From Solirubrobacterales bacterium (GTDB taxonomy: Bacteria > Actinomycetota > Thermoleophilia > Solirubrobacterales > 70-9), in contig DASVAT010000016.1 in NCBI GenBank assembly GCA_036376215.1, positions 135,766 to 199,765 on the forward strand: a stretch of 64,000 bases of DNA, written 5' to 3'. How positions within the stretch are numbered: position 1 is the first letter of the stretch; each line of letters starts with the position of its first letter. A program made the translations under genes and the position numbers. The notes under the pieces were generated by a model that worked only from the letters and a program-made list of their open reading frames with translations, had not been told where the DNA came from and did no database searches. This document shows, in pieces, positions 46,137-55,787 of this stretch.

Positions 46137-47804
46137 ATGACTGAATCTGGGGAAGGCGCGGCGCCTCGCGGGGCGCCGTCTGGAACGACGCCGAGCGGTA
46201 CCTACGCGCGTAGAGCCACCGGGCTCGTGCGCGAGGTGTCTCCGTTCTCGACCTTCGTCTTCAACATGGCGGCGCAGCCGACCGCGATTCTGATCGCGAC
46301 GGCTGCCTTCATACTCCCGCTCGCCTTCTTCCCGGGCGGCTCGATCTGGCTGGGCTTCGCGATGGCCTTCGTCCTCGCGATCCTGCTCTGCGTCTGTTAC
46401 GGCCTCTTCACCTCGGCCATTCCCCGCAGCGGCGGCGACTACGTTCTCGTCGGCCGGGTGACCCACCCCGTGGTGGGAGTGATCTCTTCGTTCTTCTGGG
46501 TCTCCGGCGTGATTCTGGTGATCGCCTTCGTCGCGCAGTCGTTCGTCCTGATCGCCCTGGCTCCGTCGCTGACCGCCGTCGGCCTGGTGGGTGACCATCA
46601 CTCCCTCGTCACCGCGGGCGAAACCCTGGCCACCGACAAGTGGTGGCAGTTCGGAGTCGGCGCCGCCGTGATTCTCGGGTCGGCCGCACTTCTGGCCGGT
46701 GGCTGGCGCTGGACGACGAGGATCATGAACGGCCTCTGGGTGGCGACGATGATCGGCCTCGGAACCGTCCTCCTGTTCCTCCTCTTCAAGAGCCATGACG
46801 GCTTTGTCCACAGTTTCAACCAGTTCGCCGGGCCGGTGACCGGCGAAAGCGACTCCTACAACGGGATCGTCGCCGCCGCGCAGAAGGAAGGGATCGACCC
46901 CTCGCCTGCTTTCAGTCTCGACAACACCTGGCCGACGATGGCGGCGATCGCCGGCCTCTCGATCTACGGCTGGCTCTCGATCTACATCTCCGGCGAGGTG
47001 CGCCGGGCCAAAGACATCACCCAGGTGAAGATCATGAGCCTCGCGACCTTCGTCCACATCCTGATCGCCGTGATCCTCGGTGTGGTCTTCTTCTGGAAGT
47101 TCGGTCACGACTTCTTCGTCGCGATCAACGGTCTCAGCTACACGGAAAGCTACCCGTTCGCCGGAGCACCTCCGTACTACACCTTCCTCACCTCGATCGC
47201 CGGCGGCAGCACCCTGTTTTCGTGGTGGCTGTTGATCACCTTCGCGGTGGCCTATCCGTTGCTGATGCTGCCGCAGATCGCGATCTCGGTGCGAAGCTTC
47301 TTCGCCTGGGCGCTGGACGGCCTGTTGCCGTCCAAGTTCGCAGAGGTCTCGCCGCGGACCCATGCCCCGAACTACGCGATCGGCCTGGTCGTGGTCCTCG
47401 GCCTCGCCGCCCTCTACTGGGCCGTGAGCAACAACGAAGGCTTCAACAAATTCCTCTACGAGGCCGTGCTGCTGCAGCTGGTGACGATGATCCTGCTCTC
47501 TGTCGCCGCCGTCCTGCTTCCCTACCGCAGGCCGGAGGTCTGGCGCGCCTCGGCCACCACCCGGCGGATCTTCGGTGTGCCTGTGGTGTCCCTGTCCGGG
47601 GCGACGACGATCGTCTTGATGGCGGGCTTGTTCTTCGTCTACATGCACTATCCGTCGCTCGGGATCGAAGACAAGGGTCACTTCTTCCGCGACTGCGGGA
47701 TCATCCTCGGCGCGGCCCTGCTGACGTTCTTCGTCGCCCGGGCGACGCGGCGGCGGCAGGGCGTCGACGTCGACAAGCTCGCCGCCGAGATCCCGCCGGA
47801 GTAG
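46137..47804 (+). CDS. APC-superfamily amino acid/polyamine permease
   Basis: About 12-14 TM segments and SAIPRSGGDY (APC signature region). GGAGAGGA lies before the ATG at 46137. Confidence 0.8.
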   Translation: MTESGEGAAPRGAPSGTTPSGTYARRATGLVREVSPFSTFVFNMAAQPTAILIATAAFILPLAFFPGGSIWLGFAMAFVLAILLCVCYGLFTSAIPRSGGDYVLVGRVTHPVVGVISSFFWVSGVILVIAFVAQSFVLIALAPSLTAVGLVGDHHSLVTAGETLATDKWWQFGVGAAVILGSAALLAGGWRWTTRIMNGLWVATMIGLGTVLLFLLFKSHDGFVHSFNQFAGPVTGESDSYNGIVAAAQKEGIDPSPAFSLDNTWPTMAAIAGLSIYGWLSIYISGEVRRAKDITQVKIMSLATFVHILIAVILGVVFFWKFGHDFFVAINGLSYTESYPFAGAPPYYTFLTSIAGGSTLFSWWLLITFAVAYPLLMLPQIAISVRSFFAWALDGLLPSKFAEVSPRTHAPNYAIGLVVVLGLAALYWAVSNNEGFNKFLYEAVLLQLVTMILLSVAAVLLPYRRPEVWRASATTRRIFGVPVVSLSGATTIVLMAGLFFVYMHYPSLGIEDKGHFFRDCGIILGAALLTFFVARATRRRQGVDVDKLAAEIPPE

Positions 47805-47815
47805 CGTCGGGTCGC

Positions 47816-48556
47816 GTGGAGCCGCTTGCCGATCCCGTCGCCGAGGGGACCAGGATCGCGGAGACCGCCGCCGGGCGCGGCGTTCCCCTGCGCCTGGTCG
47901 GCGGCGTCGCGGTGGCCGTCCTCTGCCCGAGCAGCAGGCGACCGCCTTTGCGGCGGTCCTACGCCGACGTCGACCTGGCGACCCGCGGCTCGGCGACGCG
48001 GGACGTGGCCTCACTGCTGGAGTCGCTCGGGTACGTCTCCGACCGCGAGTTCAACACCCTCCACGGACACCGGCGGCTGTACTTCTTCGACGATGGCAAT
48101 CAGCGCCATGTCGACGTCTTCGTCGACGAGGCCGACCTGTGTCACCGGATCGACCTGCGCGAGCGGCTCGAGGCTGTGCCGCTGACGCTTTCCCTCGCCG
48201 ACCTGGCGGTGTTGAAGCTGCAGGTGGTGGAAACCAACGAAAAGGACTACCTCGACATCTGCGCGATCTTCGCCGATCACGACTGGAGCGAGGACGAGAG
48301 CGGCGTCAACCGCGTTTACATCGCCGAGCGGGCAAGTGGTGACTGGGGCCTGTGGCGAACGATGGGGATGGTCGCCGAGCGCAGCGCACAGTTCGCACGC
48401 GACCTGCCCGGGTTCGAGGCGGGCGAGCGCGTGGCGGAGCGGCTGGAGGAGTTGAGAGTCGAACTGGACACCGTCCCCAAGAGCCGGGGCTGGAAGCTGC
48501 GAGCCCGCCTCGGCGATCGCAAGCGTTGGTACGAGCTTCCCGAAGAGGTCCACTAG
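47816..48556 (+). CDS. Putative nucleotidyltransferase-fold protein
   Basis: The LRLVGGVAVAVL...YADVDLAT pattern (G-G...D.D) fits a minimal NTase fold. No closer assignment is possible by eye. Confidence 0.45.
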   Translation: MEPLADPVAEGTRIAETAAGRGVPLRLVGGVAVAVLCPSSRRPPLRRSYADVDLATRGSATRDVASLLESLGYVSDREFNTLHGHRRLYFFDDGNQRHVDVFVDEADLCHRIDLRERLEAVPLTLSLADLAVLKLQVVETNEKDYLDICAIFADHDWSEDESGVNRVYIAERASGDWGLWRTMGMVAERSAQFARDLPGFEAGERVAERLEELRVELDTVPKSRGWKLRARLGDRKRWYELPEEVH

Positions 48557-48632
48557 GAAGGGTCATGTCACATTCATTGGATAGTCTCGCCCGTGTGAAG
48601 TGTCTGACCAATCGCCATCGGAGGCGGCAAAG

Positions 48633-49295
48633 ATGACGCGTCCACGCCGGGGGGAGCCGCGCGCGAGAACGAAAATAATCGAGGCCAGCCGCAAGCTCTT
48701 TGCCCGGCGGGGGTTCTCGGAGACCTCGATGGGGGACATCGCCAGGGCGGCCCAGGTGGCGCGGGCGACCGTCTACAACAACTTCGACGACAAGCAGGAC
48801 ATCCTCGCGGCGATCATCAGCGACTACATGACGGGGTACGCCCGCATCGCTCAGCGGCTTCGCGAAAACGCCCGCTCAGGTCAGACTTCGTTCGAGCTGA
48901 TCCAGGAGATGGTCCGCGAGGCGCTCGACTGGCGGGTGAAGAACGCCGATCTGCGCCCGATCGTCGCCGTCGCCCGCAACCTGCGCGGCAGCGGCTGGGA
49001 GGAGGCCAACAAAGCCGCGGACGACGCGATGCTGGGGTGGATCATGGCCGTCCACGCCGCCGACGAAGACGCCGGCCTGATCCGCGAGGACATCGACCTC
49101 GAATTCGGGGTCCGGGCCGCCTACAACATGATCGAGTCGATCCTCTCTACCTTCGACGTATCGGCCACCTCGAACGAGATCGAGGAAAGGGCCCACCAGC
49201 TCGCGCTGCTGCACTGGTACGCGATCTGCTCGGTGTCGCCGAACGAGGCCCCGCGCAGCCCGCTGGGACGAAAGTCGACCGCCGACGAGCTATAG
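48633..49295 (+). CDS. TetR/AcrR-family transcriptional regulator
   Basis: HTH segment LFARRGFSETSMGDIARAAQVARATVYNNF. GGAGG lies upstream of the ATG at 48633. Confidence 0.9.
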   Translation: MTRPRRGEPRARTKIIEASRKLFARRGFSETSMGDIARAAQVARATVYNNFDDKQDILAAIISDYMTGYARIAQRLRENARSGQTSFELIQEMVREALDWRVKNADLRPIVAVARNLRGSGWEEANKAADDAMLGWIMAVHAADEDAGLIREDIDLEFGVRAAYNMIESILSTFDVSATSNEIEERAHQLALLHWYAICSVSPNEAPRSPLGRKSTADEL

Positions 49296-49331
49296 ACAGG
49301 CTGTCTAATCTCGAATAAACTGTGTGGGCTC

Positions 49332-50699
49332 TTGTCCGCACCAGATCATTCCGCAGGGGATCTGGCTCATCTGATCCACCCCCTGACCGACCACTCGCGG
49401 CTGCCCGAGGCGGGCCCGCTGGTTATCGTGCGCGGGGAGGGCTGCGAGCTCGTCACCGCCGAGGGGCAACGGCTGATCGACGGGTCGGCGGGGCTGTGGA
49501 CCGTGAACCTGGGGCACAGCCGGGAGGACCTGGTGGCGGCCGCCTGCGATCAGATGCGGCGGCTTCCCTACGCGTCCACCTTCGGCGGCGTCTCCTCGCC
49601 GCCCGCGATCGAACTGGCGGAGCGGCTCGTCGGGCTGGCGCCTCCCGGTCTCGGCGGCGTCTTCTTCGTCAGCGGCGGCAGCGAGGCGAACGAGACGGCG
49701 ATCAAGCTCGCCCGGCGGCACTGGGTGCGGCAGGGCCGGCCGGAGAAATCGATCGTCCTCGCCCACGACCGCGGCTACCACGGGCTCACGGGCATCACCA
49801 CGACCGCCACGCGGCTGCGGCCCTATCACGCTGAATTCGGGGTGCAGGCGCCGGACGTCGCCGAGGTGCCGGCGCCGTATCCCTACCGCTGCGCCGCCGG
49901 GGTTCCCTGCGAGCCGCAGAGCTGCCCCGTCTGTCGCGGCGAGGTGCTCGAGGCGAAGATCGAAGAGCTGGGGCCGGAGCGGGTGGCGGCGGCGATCGTC
50001 GAGCCGGTGTTCGGCTCCGGCGGGGTGATCGTCCCGCCGGCCGGCTACCTGCGCCGGCTGCGCGAGATCTGCGACCGTCACGGCGTCCTGCTGATCGCCG
50101 ACGAGGTGATCACCGGCTTCGGCCGCACCGGCAGCTGGTTCGGGTGCGACCACGAAGGGGTCGCACCGGACGTGATCACCTTCGCGAAGGGGGTGACCAG
50201 CGGCTACGTACCGCTCGGCGGGGCGATCGTCTCCGACGAGCTGTGGGACGAGCTGCGCGACCCCGATCGCCGCCCCGGCCACTTCATGCACGGCTTCACC
50301 AACTCGGGCCATCCGGTCGCCTGCGCGGTCGCGCTCGCCAACATCGAGGCGATCGAGCGGGAGGGGTGGTTGGACCGGGTCCGGGCGGCGAGCGAGACGC
50401 TCGCCGGCTTGGTCGCGCCGTTGCGCGGGCACCCCGAAGTCGGCGAGGTGCGGCAGGCGGGGCTGATGGTCGGGATCGAGCTCGTCTGCGACCTGGAGAC
50501 GCGTCAGCGCTGGCCGGTGGAGGTCGAACGCGGCCGCCGGGCGGCCGCCGCGGCCCGCGAGCGGGGCCTGCTCACCCGCGGGCTTCTCGACGACATCCTC
50601 TGCCTGGCGCCGCCGTTCACGATCTCCGACGAGCAGATGCGGCGGTCGGTGGAGATCCTCGGCGAGAGCATCGACGCCACCGGGGACCTCCACCGCTGA
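49332..50699 (+). CDS. Class III (omega) aminotransferase
   Basis: SGGSEANETAIKLAR, LIADEVITGFGRTG, and the PLP-lysine region ITFAKGVTSGYVPLGG. Confidence 0.9.
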   Translation: MSAPDHSAGDLAHLIHPLTDHSRLPEAGPLVIVRGEGCELVTAEGQRLIDGSAGLWTVNLGHSREDLVAAACDQMRRLPYASTFGGVSSPPAIELAERLVGLAPPGLGGVFFVSGGSEANETAIKLARRHWVRQGRPEKSIVLAHDRGYHGLTGITTTATRLRPYHAEFGVQAPDVAEVPAPYPYRCAAGVPCEPQSCPVCRGEVLEAKIEELGPERVAAAIVEPVFGSGGVIVPPAGYLRRLREICDRHGVLLIADEVITGFGRTGSWFGCDHEGVAPDVITFAKGVTSGYVPLGGAIVSDELWDELRDPDRRPGHFMHGFTNSGHPVACAVALANIEAIEREGWLDRVRAASETLAGLVAPLRGHPEVGEVRQAGLMVGIELVCDLETRQRWPVEVERGRRAAAAARERGLLTRGLLDDILCLAPPFTISDEQMRRSVEILGESIDATGDLHR

Positions 50700-50711
50700 G
50701 AGCGGCGCCCG

Positions 50712-51065
50712 TCAGGGCAGGTACTTTTCCGCCTGTTCCTTGGCTTCTTCGATTCCCTTTTCGGCCTTGGCCTGGCCTTCTTCGATTCCCTCTTCGGCTT
50801 CCTTCTGGGCCTTTTCGAGCTTCTTCTTGGTCTCGCCGGTGGCCTGTTCCTTGGCTTCTTCGAGGCCCTTCTTCGTCTCTTCGACCCCTTCGTCGATCGC
50901 TTCTTCGGCCTTCTTCGTGCCTTCTTCGACCTGAGTTTCGGCCTGCTCGCGGACGGTTTCGGTGTCGTCGCCGCTGTCGCTGCCGCAGCCGGACCAGGCG
51001 GCTCCTGCGGTGGCGAGCGCGAGCACGGCGAAGAGGGAGTAGACGGTGCGCAGCTTTCTGCTCAT
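50712..51065 (-). CDS. Lys/Glu-rich repetitive lipoprotein
   Basis: Signal peptide plus lipobox (GAAWSGCGS), followed by repeated E-E-[GA]-x-x-[KE]-A-[EK] units. Only the 3' 117 codons of ORF 50712..51392 look genuine. Confidence 0.6.
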   Translation of the reverse strand: MSRKLRTVYSLFAVLALATAGAAWSGCGSDSGDDTETVREQAETQVEEGTKKAEEAIDEGVEETKKGLEEAKEQATGETKKKLEKAQKEAEEGIEEGQAKAEKGIEEAKEQAEKYLP

Positions 51066-51107
51066 GTGGGTGGCTCCAGATCGGTTGCGGGTTAACGTGG
51101 TGCGGCA

Positions 51108-51434
51108 GTGAATCAGACCCAGCCTGACAGCTTCGAAGACCTCGTGGCCGACGCGATCGACGCCCTCCCGGAGGAATTCCAGCGGTTGCTCGAGCCGGTC
51201 GCGGTGGTCGTCTCCGATCTCGGCTTCGAGCGCAACGCCTACGGCGAGTACTTCGGCGACGGGGTGGCGGCCGAACGCTTCGAGGACAGGATCGTCATCT
51301 ATCGCGACACGCTCGAACGCGATTTCGGCCACAGCCGCGAGCTGCTCGCGCGCCAGGTCGAGCGGACCCTGCGGCACGAGCTCGCCCACCACCTGGGGTG
51401 GGACGAGGGCGGCGTCGGCGGCCTCGGGCTCTGA
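51108..51434 (+). CDS. Zinicin-like metallopeptidase family protein (DUF1025)
   Basis: HELAHHLG zinc motif in a ~108-aa protein with the typical ALDALPEEF N-terminus. Confidence 0.75.
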   Translation: MNQTQPDSFEDLVADAIDALPEEFQRLLEPVAVVVSDLGFERNAYGEYFGDGVAAERFEDRIVIYRDTLERDFGHSRELLARQVERTLRHELAHHLGWDEGGVGGLGL

Positions 51435-51435
51435 C

Positions 51436-52221
51436 TCAGCGCACGCGGCAGAGGCGCAGCAGGGTTTCGCGGATCTCCGCGTGGCCCTCGAAGTGGAAGC
51501 TGCCCTTGGCGAACGGGAACAGCGCTTCGTTCAGGTTCGAGGGGGCCCGGCAGGCGGCGGAGACGTAGCTGCGACTCCTGCCGCCGAAGGAGTAGCGGCG
51601 GCCGATCGTCAGGTTGATTTCGGTGACCGAGCCGAGGTCTCCCGCCAGGCGGGGGATCTTGGCCCTGAGGACGGTGCCGAAGTCGCCCTCCGGGAGCTGC
51701 TGCACGGTCAGCGGTATGACCAGGGTGAAGCGGACGGGGATGCCGGAGAAGAGGTGGAGCACCAGCGCCTTCTGGCGGCCGCGGCGACTGTTGAAGGCGA
51801 GGATCTCGCCCGACGTCTCGACCTCGCGCCCGAGCTTGACGACGGCGTGGAAACGGCCGCGGCCGACGAGGGCGCCGCGGCAGCGAGCGAGCGCGGTCCT
51901 ACTGCTGGTCGACTGCAGCACCGGGGCGGTGCAGACCGGCAGGCCGGTGGTTTCGAGCCGGCCGTTGCGGTTGATGGCGACCTCGATCTGGCGCAGCGGC
52001 GGGGGATGGCTGCCGTCGGCGGTGGCGATCTTGCCGGTGACCCTGACGTTCACCGGGGCCGGTTTCGAGCGCGGCAGGACGTGCGGTGCGAAGTCGGCGT
52101 CGAAGGTCACGATCAGGCCGTCCTGGGCCACCCTGACGGCATCGGAGCTCGCCGTCCAGGCGGCGGCCAGGACCGCGATCAGCAGAGGTATGGCGATTCG
52201 GCGGCGCATGCTCCCGATCAC
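51436..52221 (-). CDS. Hypothetical secreted protein
   Basis: Signal peptide RRRIAIPLLIAVLAAAWTASSDA. Normal composition, whereas the opposite-strand ORF is shadow-like. No family recognised. Confidence 0.55.
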   Translation of the reverse strand: MIGSMRRRIAIPLLIAVLAAAWTASSDAVRVAQDGLIVTFDADFAPHVLPRSKPAPVNVRVTGKIATADGSHPPPLRQIEVAINRNGRLETTGLPVCTAPVLQSTSSRTALARCRGALVGRGRFHAVVKLGREVETSGEILAFNSRRGRQKALVLHLFSGIPVRFTLVIPLTVQQLPEGDFGTVLRAKIPRLAGDLGSVTEINLTIGRRYSFGGRSRSYVSAACRAPSNLNEALFPFAKGSFHFEGHAEIRETLLRLCRVR

Positions 52222-52258
52222 GAGTCTATGCAGGGGAATCTGCGGCTAGGGTTGAGCA

Positions 52259-53779
52259 ATGGTTGAGCCTTCGCGGTGGACGGACCTCTCCGAAGGGGAG
52301 GAGTTCGCCGGTTACCGGATCGAGGGGCGCCTCGGCCGCGGCGGGATGGGGATCCTCTATCTGGCCGTGGAGCCGGGCCTGGAGCGGCGGGTGGCGCTGA
52401 AGCTGATCGCGCCCGAGGCCGCCTCGGACGAGGTCTTCGCCAGGCGCTTCGCCGAGGAGTCCCGGATCGCTGCCTCGATCGAGCACCCCAACGTGGTGCC
52501 GATCTACGCCGCGGGCGAGGAGGGTGGCGTGCCCTGGATCGCGATGCGCTACGTCGCCGGCTCCGATCTCCAGCGCCGCCTCGCCCGCGAGGGGAAGCTC
52601 GAGCCGGGCGATGCGGTGCGGCTGATCGCCCAGCTGGGGAACGGCCTCGACGCGATCCACTCCGCCGGCCTCGTCCACCGCGACGTCAAGCCGGCCAACG
52701 TCCTGCTCGGCGGCGACCCCGGGGCCGAACACGCCTACATCACCGACTTCGGCGTCGCCCGCAACCTCGCCACCCAGTCGGGCCTGACCCAGACGGGGCG
52801 GTTCGTCGGCACCCTCGACTACGTCGCCCCCGAGCAGATCTCCGGCGAGCCGATCGACGCCCGGGTAGACGTCTACGCGCTCGGCTGCCTGCTGTTCCAG
52901 CTGCTGACCGGCGAGGTGCCGTTCCCGCGCGAGGGCGAGGCCGCCCGCCTCTACGCTCACCTGCACGACCCGCCGCCCGCGCCCTCCCTCTACGCGCCGG
53001 CGGTGCCGACGGCGCTCGACGACGTCGTCATCCGGGCGATGTCGAAGTCACCGGGGGACCGCTATCCCTCCGCCGGCGACCTCGGCCGCGCGGCGGAAGC
53101 CGCCCTCAGCGGCACCGCGCCCTCGATCCCCGAGCGCACCGTCGCGACCGGTGCCGCGGCGACGCGGGAGCGCCGCTCGCCCGGGCCGCGCGAGGCCGAG
53201 ACCGCCAAGCTCTCCGGCGAGCCGGCCGCAAGGCGGCCCCGCCGTCCCCTGCTGATCGGCGGCGCCCTGCTGGCGCTGATCGCCGCCGCGGCGATAGCGG
53301 TCGTGCTGGCGTCCGGGGGTGACGGCCAGGGCGGGAGGGCCGGCGCCGAGTCCGGCCTCTCGACGGCGGAGCAGCCGAAGCCGAAGCCCGAGCCGCAGAC
53401 TCTGAGCGCGGCGCAGCTGATCGCGAAGGGCGACGAGATCTGCACCGAAAGCCGCGACAAGTTCCTCCGCTACCGCGATCCCGAAGCAGAGGTCGTCCCG
53501 GACGTCGCCTACTCCCGGGTGCTGGTCGGGATCTCCAGCAACGCCGTCGAGCGGTTCGAGGCGCTGGTGCCGCCGCCGTCCCTGGAGGCGGCCTACGACC
53601 GCTACGTCGGCTCGCAGCGGGAAGTCAGGGAATGGGACCGCGACGCCCTCGCCGCGGCCGAGGCCGAAGACCCGACCGCCTACGTCGAAGCCCGCGAAGA
53701 CCGCAACGACACCGAGGACGACCGCAAGGTCCTGGCCGAAGAAGTCGGCTTCGAGGAGTGCAGCGGCAGCGACCTCTGA
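52259..53779 (+). CDS. Ser/Thr protein kinase with one TM and an extracytoplasmic C-terminal domain
   Basis: GRGGMG, VALK, HRDVKPANVLL, DFGVAR, and APE. TM segment LLIGGALLALIAAAAIAVVLA. Confidence 0.92.
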   Translation: MVEPSRWTDLSEGEEFAGYRIEGRLGRGGMGILYLAVEPGLERRVALKLIAPEAASDEVFARRFAEESRIAASIEHPNVVPIYAAGEEGGVPWIAMRYVAGSDLQRRLAREGKLEPGDAVRLIAQLGNGLDAIHSAGLVHRDVKPANVLLGGDPGAEHAYITDFGVARNLATQSGLTQTGRFVGTLDYVAPEQISGEPIDARVDVYALGCLLFQLLTGEVPFPREGEAARLYAHLHDPPPAPSLYAPAVPTALDDVVIRAMSKSPGDRYPSAGDLGRAAEAALSGTAPSIPERTVATGAAATRERRSPGPREAETAKLSGEPAARRPRRPLLIGGALLALIAAAAIAVVLASGGDGQGGRAGAESGLSTAEQPKPKPEPQTLSAAQLIAKGDEICTESRDKFLRYRDPEAEVVPDVAYSRVLVGISSNAVERFEALVPPPSLEAAYDRYVGSQREVREWDRDALAAAEAEDPTAYVEAREDRNDTEDDRKVLAEEVGFEECSGSDL

Positions 53780-53789
53780 GGAATCAGGC

Positions 53790-53834
53790 AGCGGTGTTCC
53801 TTTTGGGTCCTATGCACCCAAAAGGAACACCGCT
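53790..53834. terminator. 19-bp perfect hairpin between convergent genes (bidirectional terminator candidate)
   Basis: agcggtgttccttttgggt / cctatgc / acccaaaaggaacaccgct. Confidence 0.6.
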
Positions 53835-53847
53835 TTGGCGATTGTCC

Positions 53848-54708
53848 TCAGCGGTCCTCGCGCTCGCCCGGGTGGGTGACCCGTTCGGCCCGCTGGCGCA
53901 TTTCTTCGCTCGCCTCGCGGGTCGCCGCGAAGGCCTCCTCCTTGGCGGCCGCGAGGCCCTCGCTGGGCTTGCCGCCGACGATGTCGCGGAAGGCGTTCTT
54001 GAAGCGCTCGGTGCGGCGGTCCGGCGGGAAGCGCTCCTCGGCGCGGGCCTGTTTCCTCGGGTGGCGCTCGCCGTAGCGGCGCCGCGCCCAGGCCGAGCCG
54101 GGCTTGCCGAGGCGACAGGCCCCGTAGAGGGCGACCGGAAAGACGAAGAAGCCGATCGTGCCGTGCAGGATCCGGCCCTTGGCGAAGCAGGCTGCGACCA
54201 GGAGGAAGACGACCAGGGCGCTGAGGGCGGTGCCGAGGATCGACTCGATCGAGCCGTCTTCGATCGTGAACGGGGTGAAGCCGAGCAGCGCCAGCAACAT
54301 CGCCGCGGCGGCGATCACGGTGGCGTCGATCGAGCTGCGGCCCTCCTCGGCCCAGTAGACGTCGTCGAGGTAGACCCAGAGGGCGAACTCGTCGATCGTC
54401 AGCCCGGCGCCGATCCCGAAGGCGAAGGCGCAGATCTCGGTCCAGGGGCTGTTGCCGAAGGCGGCGAAGCCGCCGGCGCCGGCGACCATCATCGTCACGA
54501 TCCCGAAGACGAGGTGGTGGAGGTGGACGCCGCTGTCGCTGACGATGCTGCCCGGCCACCAGGGGACCCTCGGGCTCCGCATCAGCCGGGTGCTCATGCG
54601 GATGAAGGCGAAGGAGAGGATGAACCCGATCAGGACCAGGTAGAGGCCCTGCAGCTCGTGCTCGGCGATCCGGTTGTAGAAGTCGCCGACGATCGAGGCG
54701 GTGCTCAT
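53848..54708 (-). CDS. Integral membrane protein
   Basis: Starts at an internal ATG (MSTASIVGDF...). About 6 TM segments with a charged C-terminal tail. The long upstream extension of the listed ORF is shadow sequence. Confidence 0.65.
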   Translation of the reverse strand: MSTASIVGDFYNRIAEHELQGLYLVLIGFILSFAFIRMSTRLMRSPRVPWWPGSIVSDSGVHLHHLVFGIVTMMVAGAGGFAAFGNSPWTEICAFAFGIGAGLTIDEFALWVYLDDVYWAEEGRSSIDATVIAAAAMLLALLGFTPFTIEDGSIESILGTALSALVVFLLVAACFAKGRILHGTIGFFVFPVALYGACRLGKPGSAWARRRYGERHPRKQARAEERFPPDRRTERFKNAFRDIVGGKPSEGLAAAKEEAFAATREASEEMRQRAERVTHPGEREDR

Positions 54709-55454
54709 GCCGGCACCGGGGTCGCGTGCAGGGGCGGCGAGGTCCCGTCCTTCTCGCGCATCAGCTCGACCGTGAGCAGCACCGCGGCGACGGCGAAGAC
54801 GGGGGCGAGGGCGGCGTCGGAGAGCGACTCGGCGAGCCAGGTGGCGACGAAGGTGTGGCCGAAGAGGTCGTGGACCAGGGCCGCGAGGCCGCCGCCGATC
54901 GCGTCGCCGGCGAGCTCGATCGGCGCCAGGACTCCGAAGACGAGCCAGAAGTTGCCGCGGACCAACTGCATGCTGCGGCGCAGGGCGCCGGCGGCGGAGC
55001 GATCCTCGAGCTCGACCACCGGGCCGGCGAGGCCGAGCCAGACGAAGGCGAGGATGCCGGGGACGAGGCCGAGCAGCAGCCCCAGGGCGACGATCGCGAC
55101 GAAGACCAGGTCGACCGCGATCAGCCGGCCGTAGTTCAGCCGCCGGGCGATCTCGCCCAGCGGCGGCGGGTCCTCGCCGTGGGGATGAGTGAGCGAGATC
55201 GCGATCGCGCCGCTGAAGAAGACCTCGCCGATCAGCCCGGTGGCGGTGACGACCCCGACCGCGAGGGCGAAGGCCGCGAGTTTGATCCCGTTGGTGATGT
55301 CGAGCGAGTCGAGCTCGACGTTCATGGTCAGCGCGTTCAGCAGCCCGAGGGGGACGAAGACGATCACTGCCAGCAGCAGGATCGAGGGTGCCCAGCCCCT
55401 GTAGGTGCGCCAGATCCGCGCGTAGGTCGCGGCGACTCGGCGGCCCAGGCTCAC
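54705..55454 (-). CDS. Integral membrane protein (glycerophosphodiester-phosphodiesterase membrane-domain-like)
   Basis: 249 aa with about 6 TM segments. ATGA overlap with the downstream gene. Confidence 0.6.
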   Translation of the reverse strand: MSLGRRVAATYARIWRTYRGWAPSILLLAVIVFVPLGLLNALTMNVELDSLDITNGIKLAAFALAVGVVTATGLIGEVFFSGAIAISLTHPHGEDPPPLGEIARRLNYGRLIAVDLVFVAIVALGLLLGLVPGILAFVWLGLAGPVVELEDRSAAGALRRSMQLVRGNFWLVFGVLAPIELAGDAIGGGLAALVHDLFGHTFVATWLAESLSDAALAPVFAVAAVLLTVELMREKDGTSPPLHATPVPA

Positions 55455-55786
55455 CGGCGTCGGTCTCGCCGGCCGGCGGGGCGGCGCCCCCGTGCCTCCA
55501 GCCGGGACTGGCTCGACTCGGAGGCGGGCACCCGCTTGAGGTTGCCGAGCTCTGGCAGGAGCAGCTCTTCGGCGCAGCGCCGGTGCCAGTGGTGGTGGTC
55601 TGTGCCGCCGAGCCGGCGCACATACTGGACGACCGTGTGCTCCTCGCCGACGGGGATGTCGCCGTGGCAGCCGGGGCAGTGGTAGAGCTTGCGGGCGATC
55701 CCGCGGATCAGCCAGGTCTCGTCGCCCTCTTCGTTCAGCCCGGTGAGGCTCCAGCGCATGCTCGGGAGTCCCTCGAACTGGCTCAC
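55451..55786 (-). CDS. Conserved actinobacterial zinc-ribbon-like protein
   Basis: YHCPGCHGDIPVGEEH...HWHRRC: a Cys/His cluster I recall from small proteins conserved in Actinomycetota. Confidence 0.5.
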   Translation of the reverse strand: MSQFEGLPSMRWSLTGLNEEGDETWLIRGIARKLYHCPGCHGDIPVGEEHTVVQYVRRLGGTDHHHWHRRCAEELLLPELGNLKRVPASESSQSRLEARGRRPAGRRDRRR

Positions 55787-55787
55787 G

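Noticed and set aside
47816-48556. The NTase-fold protein, considered as an AbiEii-type toxin or defence gene.
   Set aside because: There is no AbiEi-like or other antitoxin partner adjacent. It sits in a metabolic-looking cluster, and the fold assignment itself is weak.
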